NCBI GenBank assembly: GCA_963780185.1
Contig: CAWABA010000006.1
Coordinates: 544,001-608,000 of the forward strand
DNA: 64,000 nucleotides
From: Candidatus Bathyarchaeota archaeon
GTDB lineage: Archaea; Thermoproteota; Bathyarchaeia; Bathyarchaeales; Bathycorpusculaceae
Direction: 5' to 3'
The stretch's first letter is position 1, and each line of letters begins with the position of its first letter. The notes below the pieces were generated by a model. That model was not told where the DNA came from. It saw only the letters and a list, made by a program, of their open reading frames with translations, and made no database searches. The position numbers and the translations under genes were made by a program. Shown one piece after another: positions 52,734 to 62,366 of this stretch.

Positions 52734-54798
52734 ATGAAGCTGCCCACTATCGCATTCAACCAAAACGAGCTTTCCCGCTTCGGCGAGGCTATCGGCAAAG
52801 AGTGGCTTATAACGAACGGGTTAGGCGGCTACGCGTCAGGCACGGTTTTAGGCGTTAACTCGAGAAAATATCATGGGCTTTTGGTTGCCGCGTTGAATCC
52901 GCCTGGCGAACGCACAGTTTGCCTCTCAAAACTTGATGAAGACATCTCCGTGGGCAGCGACGTTTACAGACTTGGCGCTAACGAGTTTGCAGGCACGATT
53001 TATCCGCATGGCTACGATTTTCTGACTGGTTTTTCATCTTCACCGTTTCCCCAGGTGGACCTACCGCGTTGGCGCTGTTGAGCTTAGCAAAACAGTGTTT
53101 ATGCCTAAAGGCAAGAACGCTGTCTCAACAATCTACAAGGTCACAAACCGCGGCGCAGCAAAAGCTAAACTTGCCATCTACCCCATGTTAACGTGCCGAC
53201 ACTTCCACACCGTTGTAAACCGAAAGGAAAAGCCGCTGGAGTTCACCCAGAAAAGCAGCCTGCAAGAGATAGAAATCGCCTTCCGGAATCCTGCCGCAAC
53301 AATCGTCTGCAGAGTGACGGACGGCGAGTTTCATGAGAAAACCAACTGGGTGGATGGCTTACTGTACCGTGCGGAGGCGGCAAGAGGCGAAGCCAGCCGT
53401 GACGACTGGCTCCAGCCAGGCTATTTCGAGCTGCATCTTGATGCTGAAGAAGAAAAACTGTTTGCAGTCAGCGCCGCCGCAGATGTTGACGGTCATGCTG
53501 CGTGGGAAGCTTTGGATTCGCTGGGCAAAACAACTAACGAAGTCAATGACTTGTTCAATGGGGAACAGTCAAGGCAGAGAAATTTGCTTTACGGTTTTTA
53601 CGGTTTGCATCCTGAGGCTCCAATGACCGATTGGCTGAGCTGGATTCTTTTAGCCGCCGACTCTTTCGTAGTTGCCGACGCTGCGGGCAAAAAAGCAGTT
53701 ATCGCGGGATACCATTGGTTTGAGCCGTGGGGAAGGGACACGTTTGTTTCGTTGCCGGGCTTGTTGCTGGTTACAGGCAGGTTTAACGCGGCAAGAGATA
53801 TTCTGCAAGCCTTCAATCGGTACTGCAAAAACGGGCTAATCCCAAACTACATCGCCGACAAATCAGGCGAACCCGCCTACAACACCGTCGACGGCACCCT
53901 CTGGTACATCAACGCAGTCCTCCAATACCTCAAATACACAGGCGACTACCCCTTCGTAGAAGCTCAGCTCTGGAGCAACCTGCAAGCAATAATCAGCAGC
54001 CACGAGAAAGGCACGGACTTCGGCATAGGTGTGGACAGCGACGGCTTGTTGAGGCACGGGGCGAGGCTGACGTGGATGGATGCGGAAGTCAACGGGGAAC
54101 CCGTAACGCCAAGAGCGGGCAAAGCCGTGGAAATCCAAGCTTTATGGTATAACGCGTTGCTGGCTATGCGGCTGTTGGCGGGCAAGTTCGGCGAGAAAGC
54201 TTTGGCGGAGAGGTATGCTGCGATGGCGAATAGGGCACGCGTGAGTTTCAATGAGAAGTTTTGGAACCCAACTTTAGATTCTCTCTTCGACGTTTTGGAG
54301 TCTGGTGGACCTGACGCGTCGCTTCGTCCTAACCAGGTTCTGGCTGTTTCGCTTGAGTACCCGATTCTTGACCCTGCCAGATGGCAAAGGGTTGTCGATG
54401 TTGTAGACCGCGAGTTCGTGACGCCTTATGGTCTGCGGACGCTGTCGATGACTGACCCAAGGTTCAATGGGAAATATGTCGGCGACCGAACCAGCAGAGA
54501 CCGCGCATACCACAACGGAACAATCTGGCCGTGGCTGTTAGGACCCTACATTTCAGCTTACCTCAAAACCCAAAACCACAACCAACAGGCACGCGAACAT
54601 GTCCTGCAAAAGCTCGTCGAACCCTTCTTTAACGTTGGGATTAGGCAGGCTGGGCTGGGGTCGATAAGTGAAATCTGTGATGCCGATGCGCCGAATCTGC
54701 CGAGGGGCTGCATTGCGCAGGCGTGGAGCGTTGCTGAGCCGCTTAGAGTCTACGTTGAAGACGTGCTGCTGGTTAAACCGCGTTTTGAGCCAGTTTAG
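52734..54798 (+). CDS. glycogen debranching enzyme (amylo-alpha-1,6-glucosidase), frameshift near 53050
   Basis: EWLITNGLGGYASGT, AGYHWF..WGRDT, TWMDA, RPNQ, YHNGTIWPW, QAWS; extra C in a CCCC run. Confidence 0.93.
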
Positions 54799-55087
54799 CT
54801 TGGTTTTGCTTTGTTTTTTGTCGCGAAATTTGGTTACGAATAGTAGCCTACCTTTAGGGTTGTCGTGCTCTGTCTGGCTTGTGTTTTAGGAAAAGAAGGA
54901 AAATACTCCCTTCATCTTTATTCATCAATAACTCGACGTTAAGACACTGTAGACCTTGAGGTTTGAATCGAAACCAATTGTGTCATCATCTTCATCATCA
55001 TCAACAACAATAACCGCCTAGACGGCTCTGCCAAGCTCAGCCTATAATATAGCGTCGCAGATGCATTGATGAAGCCATTAGTCAACT

Positions 55088-55256
55088 GAACCATTTTTGT
55101 GGTGGTTTCTGTTCACAAATAGTAGACCCCTCCCGTCGGTCTTTCGGACCCATTTTTACGTTGGTTTTTTGAGGTAAAAATGGGGTACCCTGTCAATCGG
55201 GAGAGATTTTAAAAAGGGCTTGTTTTGGGTTGGTTTTTTGTTTTAGGGTTTAGATT
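55088..55256 (-). repeat. dispersed non-coding repeat, copy B (inverted relative to copy A)
   Basis: See copy A; begins just after the flpA stop in sense orientation. Confidence 0.8.
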
Positions 55257-55278
55257 GGGCTTAGGTTGTTTTTCGTTG

Positions 55279-55977
55279 TTATTGTTTCTGTGCGACTATC
55301 ATCGCGTGCAACTTGTCGAAAGGCTCCAAATTGACGACCTCAGCAACGTTAAAGCCTCTCTTGCGCAGGATGCCTGCTTCCTGACGGTAAACCGCTTCAG
55401 GATCCATGGTTACGTCGATGCTTTGGGATTTGACGGCTATCATGACCCAGCCCTGCGGCTTAAGAAAAACGTCGGCGTTGTCTGCCAGCAGCTTTGCCTG
55501 CTCCGGCTGCGCCACATCACAATAAACCGTGTCCACTTTGCCCGAGATGAACATGGCGTATCTCTCTGGCATGCGCGCGTCTTCAAGAATCGGCGTTATG
55601 TTGGGGCGAAAAGCGGCAACGTTATTGACTAAATCGCGGATGGAACGCTGCGCAAACTCCACGCAGTACACATGCCCCGACTCGCCAACGATGTCAGACA
55701 CGTGGCTCGGCGTAGTTCCCGACGCAGCTCCTAGATAAAGCACTTTGCTGCCTGCCTCAATCGGCACGTTTTGCAAGCCTCGGATGATGGCTCCCGCAAG
55801 CTTGCTTCGAAAAGCATCCCAAACCCGATATTCGGCGCCCTTATGCTTGACAAGCCTTTCGCCGTAAACGTTCAAGCCAGGCGTCAGGTTGCGTGTGGCA
55901 AGACGTTTTGCGCCGTCTTCAAGCGTAACCTCATAGATATCCTTGAACTTCGGATGCGGCTTAACCCTGACGGTCAA
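55279..55977 (-). CDS. flpA: fibrillarin-like rRNA/tRNA 2'-O-methyltransferase
   Basis: VYGERL, RSKLAG, VLYLGAASGTTPSHVSDI, DVAQPEQ. Confidence 0.97.
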   Translation of the reverse strand: MTVRVKPHPKFKDIYEVTLEDGAKRLATRNLTPGLNVYGERLVKHKGAEYRVWDAFRSKLAGAIIRGLQNVPIEAGSKVLYLGAASGTTPSHVSDIVGESGHVYCVEFAQRSIRDLVNNVAAFRPNITPILEDARMPERYAMFISGKVDTVYCDVAQPEQAKLLADNADVFLKPQGWVMIAVKSQSIDVTMDPEAVYRQEAGILRKRGFNVAEVVNLEPFDKLHAMIVAQKQ

Positions 55978-57512
55978 CGCCGCTCTCTTCTCCGACGCCT
56001 ATCCTTGTGCGCTCCACCACGGTTATCTCTAAATGGTGGTCTTCCGCCTCCGCCCTGTTGCGGTGGCCTGTATGGGCGCTCTCCGCCTTGAGCTGGCGGT
56101 CCGCCTTGTGGAGGTGGTCTAAATGGGCGTTCTCCACCTTGAGGGCGCTCGCCGCTTTGAGAGGGCGGGTTGAGCGGTCGTTCTTCGCTTTGCGGAGGAG
56201 GTCTAAAGGGTCGTTCGCCGCCGCCCTGTTGCGGTGGTCGATATGGACGTTCTCCGCCTTGAGAAGACTGTCTAAATGGGCGTCCCCCGCCGCCTTCCCT
56301 GCGTTCCCTGAACGGAGGTTGCCCACCTCTTTCTTGTCTCGGTTTAGGCTCCTTTGGTGCCGGCGGCTCTTTGTATTTTACGTGGATTTCCTCTATGCGT
56401 TTGATAACCTCTGCTCTTAGCCGTTCGCCAATGTAGTTGCCTCCGAAAGCGTCGGCTCTGGCTGCAATGGCGAGTTTCCCAGCGATGACTCGAGCGATTT
56501 TTCCTCTTTGCCACCGTTTGGCGTCATGTAGCAGGGTGTGCTGGAAGATTAAGCCGTGTTTGGGCGGTCTTGCTCCTGTTTTGAGTGAACGGAAGAGGGC
56601 TTTTTCAGCGCCTAAAACCTGAATGGTGCTGGCTGGTCTCATGGCGAGGTTTTGTAGACTGCCCGCGATGGCGATTAGCCGCGCGCCCAAAAGTGCGCCT
56701 GCGACTGTTCGAACGTTGGGCGCCATTTCCTCCATAATTCGGTCAACATAGTTCTCCATGTTTTTGCGCAACTCGTAGAAGGCAAGCACGTTTTGGGCTA
56801 ATTCCTGTATCTGGGAGAGGTCAAGCTCTGCGATGTCTGCGCCCATGGATGCTTCAGCGGCTTTCGCAAGCAACACCGCCCGATCCTTAGGAACATTTTC
56901 CTTCTCTAAGGCTTCAGGCGTGAAGTTTTCTCTGTAGCCCAGATTCATGACTAGGCGTGAGTAGGTTTCGTGTTTTTCGATTAGTCGGTCCAACTCTGGG
57001 AAATAGACGCCGTACCATTCGCGGAGTCTGCCCATAAACAGGTTAACTGTTCGGTCCAAGTCATCCAGCGTCTGAATGCCCTGAGCCACGATTAAGTCCC
57101 TTTTTTCAGCGGCGCCTTTAACGCGGAGTTTAGTTAGTTCCATGCTGACGTTGCGGTTCCAAAGGCTCAACTCCTGCTCATCAGAGACAAAACCCGACTC
57201 AACCGCCACCGTATTCATCAACGCACGTAAATCCTCGGCTTCAGAGGCTTTGGCGACTTCAACGTTGACGTTCATTTTACGTTGGGTTTCCTCTGCCAAA
57301 GTGGCGTTTTCAAAAACAAACATGTCGTAACCCCCATTTTTAAGCAGGGTTACCAATGCGAAAACTTCGTCAGACAGCTTGCCTGCTTCTGTTTTGAGCA
57401 GGCCTTTTGCGGCTGCTACGGGTTTCTTTGGAAACAGAACCTTGTCAACTAAACTTTTCTTGTCGTCGAAGGCTGCGACGCCGAACGGGAATTGAATTAT
57501 GAATGCTTTCAT
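55974..57512 (-). CDS. nop5: Nop5/Nop56 box C/D RNP protein with repetitive C-terminal tail
   Basis: RLREWYG..FPEL, PASTIQVLGAEKALF, PKHGLIFQH, RGKIAR. Confidence 0.96.
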   Translation of the reverse strand: MKAFIIQFPFGVAAFDDKKSLVDKVLFPKKPVAAAKGLLKTEAGKLSDEVFALVTLLKNGGYDMFVFENATLAEETQRKMNVNVEVAKASEAEDLRALMNTVAVESGFVSDEQELSLWNRNVSMELTKLRVKGAAEKRDLIVAQGIQTLDDLDRTVNLFMGRLREWYGVYFPELDRLIEKHETYSRLVMNLGYRENFTPEALEKENVPKDRAVLLAKAAEASMGADIAELDLSQIQELAQNVLAFYELRKNMENYVDRIMEEMAPNVRTVAGALLGARLIAIAGSLQNLAMRPASTIQVLGAEKALFRSLKTGARPPKHGLIFQHTLLHDAKRWQRGKIARVIAGKLAIAARADAFGGNYIGERLRAEVIKRIEEIHVKYKEPPAPKEPKPRQERGGQPPFRERREGGGGRPFRQSSQGGERPYRPPQQGGGERPFRPPPQSEERPLNPPSQSGERPQGGERPFRPPPQGGPPAQGGERPYRPPQQGGGGRPPFRDNRGGAHKDRRRRRERR

Positions 57513-57810
57513 GTCTTAAAGCCTCAGTAAACTAAGTACTGTCAAGAGTTTAACCTAATAAATAATTGTTTTTAATTTGCACATTCAGAGATTAACGTGG
57601 CATCGTTTTAGTCAGACAATCGCGTTAAGTTGCCTATTCGTATTTTTCTAGTGTTGTAGAAGTTTTTGTTTAAAGTCTTTATTATGCCTGTTAGTGAATG
57701 TTTAGAGTATGAAAAATATAGCAAGGCCGTTAGTCCAGAAACTTTGACTGTTCAAGTCAAGAATCTTTTACGATAAGCCTTTTATTGCAAACCGTTTCCA
57801 AGAGTAATCC

Positions 57811-59097
57811 ATGAATAACTGGGGTAAAACCATTGCTTTACTGCTTGTTGCCTTGTTCTTTACTTCTTTAGTTACCCTATCATCCGCTGTGCCTGTTCAT
57901 GCTGCTGCTTTATCATGGAATGTTCAAACGGTAGATGGAAACGCTGTCTATGGCGGCGATTGCCCCCTTGCAGTTGACTCAAACAACGTAACCCACATAG
58001 CCTACAGCCAATTGACCAATGACGAGAAGTATTCTATACAGTACGCAAGCTGGAACGGCACAGGCTTCAACACACAAGCAATAGACACGGTTGAGGGCAG
58101 CGTGTACAGTCTTGTACTGGATGCAAACGATAATCCGCATGTATTATACAGTCACTCGTTTGAATCATATAATCAGGCCTTCATTAACGAATTAATAATT
58201 GCCACTTTGAACGGAGGAAGCTGGGTTCGCCAAGATACAGGCATTAACGCACGTTATGCAGTCCTTGCCTTAGACTCATCTGGCAACCCGCACATCGCGT
58301 ACACCGACGACAAAACCGTGAAATATGCAAGTTGGACAGGAACAACCTGGACTAACCAGATAGTAGACACATATGCCAGCATTCCTCGTAGCTTGTTTTT
58401 GTCGTTCGACTCCCACGATACACCGAAAATTCTCTACGCTTTCACGAGAAGTATCACCCTTGTTCAGGACATGGGTTGGAACTATGAAAATTTGAAGCTT
58501 GCAAGCTTCGAAAATTCTGGCTGGGACATCCAAAATTTCACCTTAAACGTGAATGATTTCGGCGACATGGTTTTAGATTCTAAGGGATTTCCCCACTTTA
58601 TTTGTCAAGAGTTCTTTCCGATAACGACTGGAGGCGGCAACAGCACCCTTTTTTACGCCAGTTGGAATGGGGTAGTTTGGAATACAGAGCCAGTTATTTC
58701 TAACACGGCTCTTAATTCAATCGGTTCCTTAACGTTAGACTCCAACGGCAACCCCCACATCTGCTATGTTATCCCCGCTCCAAATGGTGAGACAAAAATG
58801 CTTTATGCTAGTTGGACGGGCAAAGCCTGGAATACGCAAACCGTAGAAAATATTTCTGCGAGTGGTCCGTGCTACTTAGCATTGGATGTTAGCGGCAACC
58901 CACACATAAGCTCCATCGGAGATTCATTCTATTGGATTGCGACTTTGAAGTATGCCGCAGCCACAGAGGCAACACAGACGCCTCCGCCAAGCATTCCAGA
59001 CTACGCTATACTGTCATTAATATCGGCGGGTATCATTGTGGCAGTTGCAGCTGTTTTCTACGTTTGGAAAAAGAAGATAAAGATGCATGCTGAGTAG
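57811..59097 (+). CDS. secreted membrane-anchored repeat (probable beta-propeller) protein
   Basis: About seven repeats of LxLDSxGNPHI.Y...YASW.G..W; signal peptide; C-terminal TM and KKK. Confidence 0.8.
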   Translation: MNNWGKTIALLLVALFFTSLVTLSSAVPVHAAALSWNVQTVDGNAVYGGDCPLAVDSNNVTHIAYSQLTNDEKYSIQYASWNGTGFNTQAIDTVEGSVYSLVLDANDNPHVLYSHSFESYNQAFINELIIATLNGGSWVRQDTGINARYAVLALDSSGNPHIAYTDDKTVKYASWTGTTWTNQIVDTYASIPRSLFLSFDSHDTPKILYAFTRSITLVQDMGWNYENLKLASFENSGWDIQNFTLNVNDFGDMVLDSKGFPHFICQEFFPITTGGGNSTLFYASWNGVVWNTEPVISNTALNSIGSLTLDSNGNPHICYVIPAPNGETKMLYASWTGKAWNTQTVENISASGPCYLALDVSGNPHISSIGDSFYWIATLKYAAATEATQTPPPSIPDYAILSLISAGIIVAVAAVFYVWKKKIKMHAE

Positions 59098-59100
59098 ATT

Positions 59101-59685
59101 CTACTGTCGCTGAATTTTTTGGATTTGTTTGTATCTAAAACACGTGACTAAGTGGTCGTTTACTAGGCCTGCGGCTTGCATGAATGCGTAGCATATGGTT
59201 GGGCCGACAAATTGGAAGCCTCTTTTCTTTAGGTCCTTGCTCATCGCTTCTGACTCAGGGGATTCTGCTGGCAGTTCGGATAGCTGGGTAAAAGTGTTTT
59301 GGATGGTTTTGCCGTGGACGAATTGCCAGATGTAGGTGTCAAAGCTGCCGAATTCCTTTTGAACTTTCAAGAAGCAGCATGCATTGTTGACGGTAGCCGC
59401 GATTTTGGATCGGTTTCGAACTATGGCAGCATCTTTCACTAAGCGTTCTATGTCGTTGTCGGTGTACTTTGCGATTTTCTCTGGATCAAAGCCGTCGAAA
59501 GCTTTTCTGAAAGCCTCCCTTTTCCGCAGAATAATCAGCCAAGAAAGCCCTGCTTGAAAAGCATCCAAAACCAAAAACTCAAGCAGCTTATCGTCATCGT
59601 GGACGGGAACGCCCCATTCCTCATCGTGATAAGCCACGTAAAGCGGATCATCAACGTTCCAACATCTATTCAACTCATGGGTCAT
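59101..59685 (-). CDS. tag: DNA-3-methyladenine glycosylase I
   Basis: RCW...YHDEEWG, FQAGLSW, FVGPTICYAFMQAAGLVNDH...C. Confidence 0.95.
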   Translation of the reverse strand: MTHELNRCWNVDDPLYVAYHDEEWGVPVHDDDKLLEFLVLDAFQAGLSWLIILRKREAFRKAFDGFDPEKIAKYTDNDIERLVKDAAIVRNRSKIAATVNNACCFLKVQKEFGSFDTYIWQFVHGKTIQNTFTQLSELPAESPESEAMSKDLKKRGFQFVGPTICYAFMQAAGLVNDHLVTCFRYKQIQKIQRQ

Positions 59686-59798
59686 TGACTCGCACTCTCT
59701 CTAGCACTCAAATGTCGCTCAGATACTCAGGTCTTAGATAGATTTCCGCTTAAATGCTTTTCATGCTTGAACCGACGCAGGTGAGAACCTAACCGCTT

Positions 59799-60137
59799 TT
59801 ATTTTTTTGTGGAAGTTTGCGGTTCAAATGGCTTGAGTTTGCCATCTTTGTCTGTGATGTATAGTTGAAAGTCGTATTCTCTGCAGTAGTTTTTGAAGTC
59901 TCTCCACTGCGTTTTGTCGCCTTCAAAATCCTCTTCAGTCACAATTTGGCAAATTCGTTTTAAGCAGCCTTTATGTGCCATAACGTCTGGTACGATGCCG
60001 CCGACCTCGGAGGGTTTTTCCCAGCCTTCAGTATTCGCCTTCACCAGCCAATTGTCTTTTTTGAGATCTTCGGCAATAGTTCTTACACACGCATCATGGT
60101 TGTCTAATTTTCCAGATTTTTTCTCAACCACTTTCAA
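59799..60137 (-). CDS. hypothetical protein, possible PD-(D/E)xK-like fold
   Basis: GIVPDVMAHKG...ICQIVT. Confidence 0.55.
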   Translation of the reverse strand: MKVVEKKSGKLDNHDACVRTIAEDLKKDNWLVKANTEGWEKPSEVGGIVPDVMAHKGCLKRICQIVTEEDFEGDKTQWRDFKNYCREYDFQLYITDKDGKLKPFEPQTSTKK

Positions 60138-60213
60138 AACCCCATAGATTGCTGTTTTAGAAATGTTAAATTAAGGATTTAAAGTTGAACCTCTAGCCTT
60201 GTTTTCCCTGAAG

Positions 60214-60444
60214 TTAAGCGGCGTTTGTCTGCGTCTCGGGTTTGTAGAGCGCTATCGCGGCGCCTAAAATGATTGATCCGACACCTAAAAGCATGAAAAG
60301 TACGACTGCGGCTCCACTCATCGAGTAAATGCTGAAGACGAATCCCCAGACAGCCGACCCGCTGAGAAGCACGCCGAGCAGAATAATTGCGATTCCGCCA
60401 AGCAAATTGTCTCTGCGTTCATCACTCAAATTCGGCAGTTTCAT
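60214..60444 (-). CDS. small two-TM membrane protein
   Basis: Two hydrophobic helices. Confidence 0.6.
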   Translation of the reverse strand: MKLPNLSDERRDNLLGGIAIILLGVLLSGSAVWGFVFSIYSMSGAAVVLFMLLGVGSIILGAAIALYKPETQTNAA

Positions 60445-60514
60445 GAGGCTTACCTTTCAGCAAACGTTAATCGGATAGACTTGTTATTGGCGTTGGGGTA
60501 GAAATTCTTTTGCG

Positions 60515-61054
60515 TCAAGACGCTTTTTCCAAAGTTTCCATTATCTGCCTGTACCTGTTGTCGGTGAAGGTTAGGTTGTATTCTTGGAATTCCTGGAGCA
60601 TTTTTTGCTGTTCTTTTTCGGTGAAGTACCTCATTGATGAGATGAAGAAGTGTTTGTCTTCTTTTTCGATGTGCCGGGGGTACAGTTCAATAAGGGTGTT
60701 TAGCGCCTCAAGTAGGCTGCTAAAGGACCCAGCGTTGCCGCCGATGTAGCTGGCTTCTTGTTTCTCAAGGATAGTCACGGTTCTTCGTGCGGAGGCATGC
60801 TCCAAAATTAGTTCCCGCATCATCGCGGCGTCGGCTTCAGACAGCTTCCTTTTGTAGAGTGCGTTGAACAGTATGCCTTCTTCCTTTCCATGGTGGTAGC
60901 GGTCGGCGTAGGTTCTGAAAAAATCAACGGATGCAACAACGAAGTTTGGGTCAACCTTGCCAGAGGCAACGATTTTCTGGTGTTCTTTTTTGAGGACACC
61001 GACCGCGTGGAGGATTAAGCGGTGTTCGCTGATTAAAATTTCAACAGGCAACAT
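60515..61054 (-). CDS. hemerythrin HHE cation-binding domain protein
   Basis: EHRLI, HHGKEE, EH, HIEKED. Confidence 0.92.
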   Translation of the reverse strand: MLPVEILISEHRLILHAVGVLKKEHQKIVASGKVDPNFVVASVDFFRTYADRYHHGKEEGILFNALYKRKLSEADAAMMRELILEHASARRTVTILEKQEASYIGGNAGSFSSLLEALNTLIELYPRHIEKEDKHFFISSMRYFTEKEQQKMLQEFQEYNLTFTDNRYRQIMETLEKAS

Positions 61055-61120
61055 AACTCGAGACGTTCCTTTTTAATGCTATGTCGTGGGAATCCTAAAA
61101 GTTTGCGCAAAAGGCGGCGT

Positions 61121-61525
61121 TTAACCCGTGCTTTCTCCGTTTTGCTCGGTTTCACCAAGTTCTTTTTTGAGGTTTTTTTCTGAGAAGAAAAGCAGCGCGG
61201 CAACTATGCCGAGGATTACGGCGGCTGAAATGGATAGAGCGGGAACAAGGTTGACTGATGATGTTGCGGACATGGGGACTGCGGTGGGTGCCGCGACAGC
61301 GGAGGTTGGGGCTGGCGTGCCTGTGTTGTAGGGACCCGCTGTTGGGCTGGGGGTTGCGGGGGTGCCGTTAAAGTATTGGGCTGGGGTTGGCTCTGGCGAA
61401 GGCTGCTGTTGAGTTGAACCTTGCGGTCCAGCCGGCAAGAAGCTTACGCCTGCAGCAAGAGACAGAACTAGCGCAACGGCAAGAAACGGCGCAAACAACA
61501 TTTTCCTATTCAACAAACTTCGCAA
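61121..61525 (-). CDS. membrane protein with P/T/A-rich linker between two TM helices
   Basis: ORF composition. Confidence 0.65.
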   Translation of the reverse strand: MRSLLNRKMLFAPFLAVALVLSLAAGVSFLPAGPQGSTQQQPSPEPTPAQYFNGTPATPSPTAGPYNTGTPAPTSAVAAPTAVPMSATSSVNLVPALSISAAVILGIVAALLFFSEKNLKKELGETEQNGESTG

Positions 61526-61678
61526 CCTTTAAACTTTGATTCCTTAGCGCCATTAAACGGTACAAACCGTTATTTAATGTTATATTTTAGGTTCCCTGTA
61601 CTAAGGTTTCGAACATTTGCTTTGAAGCCGTTCTGGGGTAGTTTTTAAATTGCTCCCTGCTCCTTTGTCTGGTTTGTG

Positions 61679-62108
61679 GATGGCTTTGCCTGACGACGAC
61701 TCCAAAGAAGTGCTCAGGGGAACAACGCTGGAAGTTTACCGTTTCCTGCTGAAAAGCAACAAGCCAGTGGGAACACGCGAACTGCAAAGAGCACTCAACC
61801 TAAGCAGCCCCTCAGTAGCCACGTATCACCTGTCCAAGCTGGAGGATGCGGGCTTGCTCAAGAGGGAAGGAGGCGGCTTCACAGTCAGCAAGTACCTTCT
61901 GGAAAACAGCGTCAAAGTCAACCGTTTCTTGATTCCAAGGTTCCTCTTCTATGCCATCTTCGCCGTCGCCGCCCTCGCCGTCGAATTAACCCTGATGAAG
62001 CCCACCGTGCTTACTCGTGAATACGTGTTTTCAGCGCTTGCAATCGGCATACTTGCCGTCTTCTGCACCTACGAAACAGTCAAAACATGGCTCCGAGGCA
62101 ACCTGTAG
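61679..62108 (+). CDS. membrane-bound winged-HTH transcriptional regulator
   Basis: GTRELQRALNLSSPSVATYHLSKL..AGL followed by two C-terminal TMs. Confidence 0.85.
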
Positions 62109-62366
62109 GACACAAAAGATGCTGTCCGAGATGCGTTTTAAGAGAGCGGTTAATCTTTAAGGCTTATTTCTAAAAACTGGAAAAAGATTTTCACAATCTC
62201 CGCGGTATTGCTTGAAATGGGGCTCAGATTGCACTTTTTCTGGCTGCAAAGTCTCGAATAACCGCAAAAACGGCTCTAAAATCAGGGAATTAAACTCTTA
62301 GTTAACTTTAAACGGTTGCTTGAACAATATGAGTGGCACCGATTTGGGACTGGTGGGAAAGGGTTT

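Noticed and set aside
54975-55015. (TCA)n/(ACA)n microsatellite-like tract
   Set aside because: It is short and imperfect, and no supported ORF or function can be assigned.
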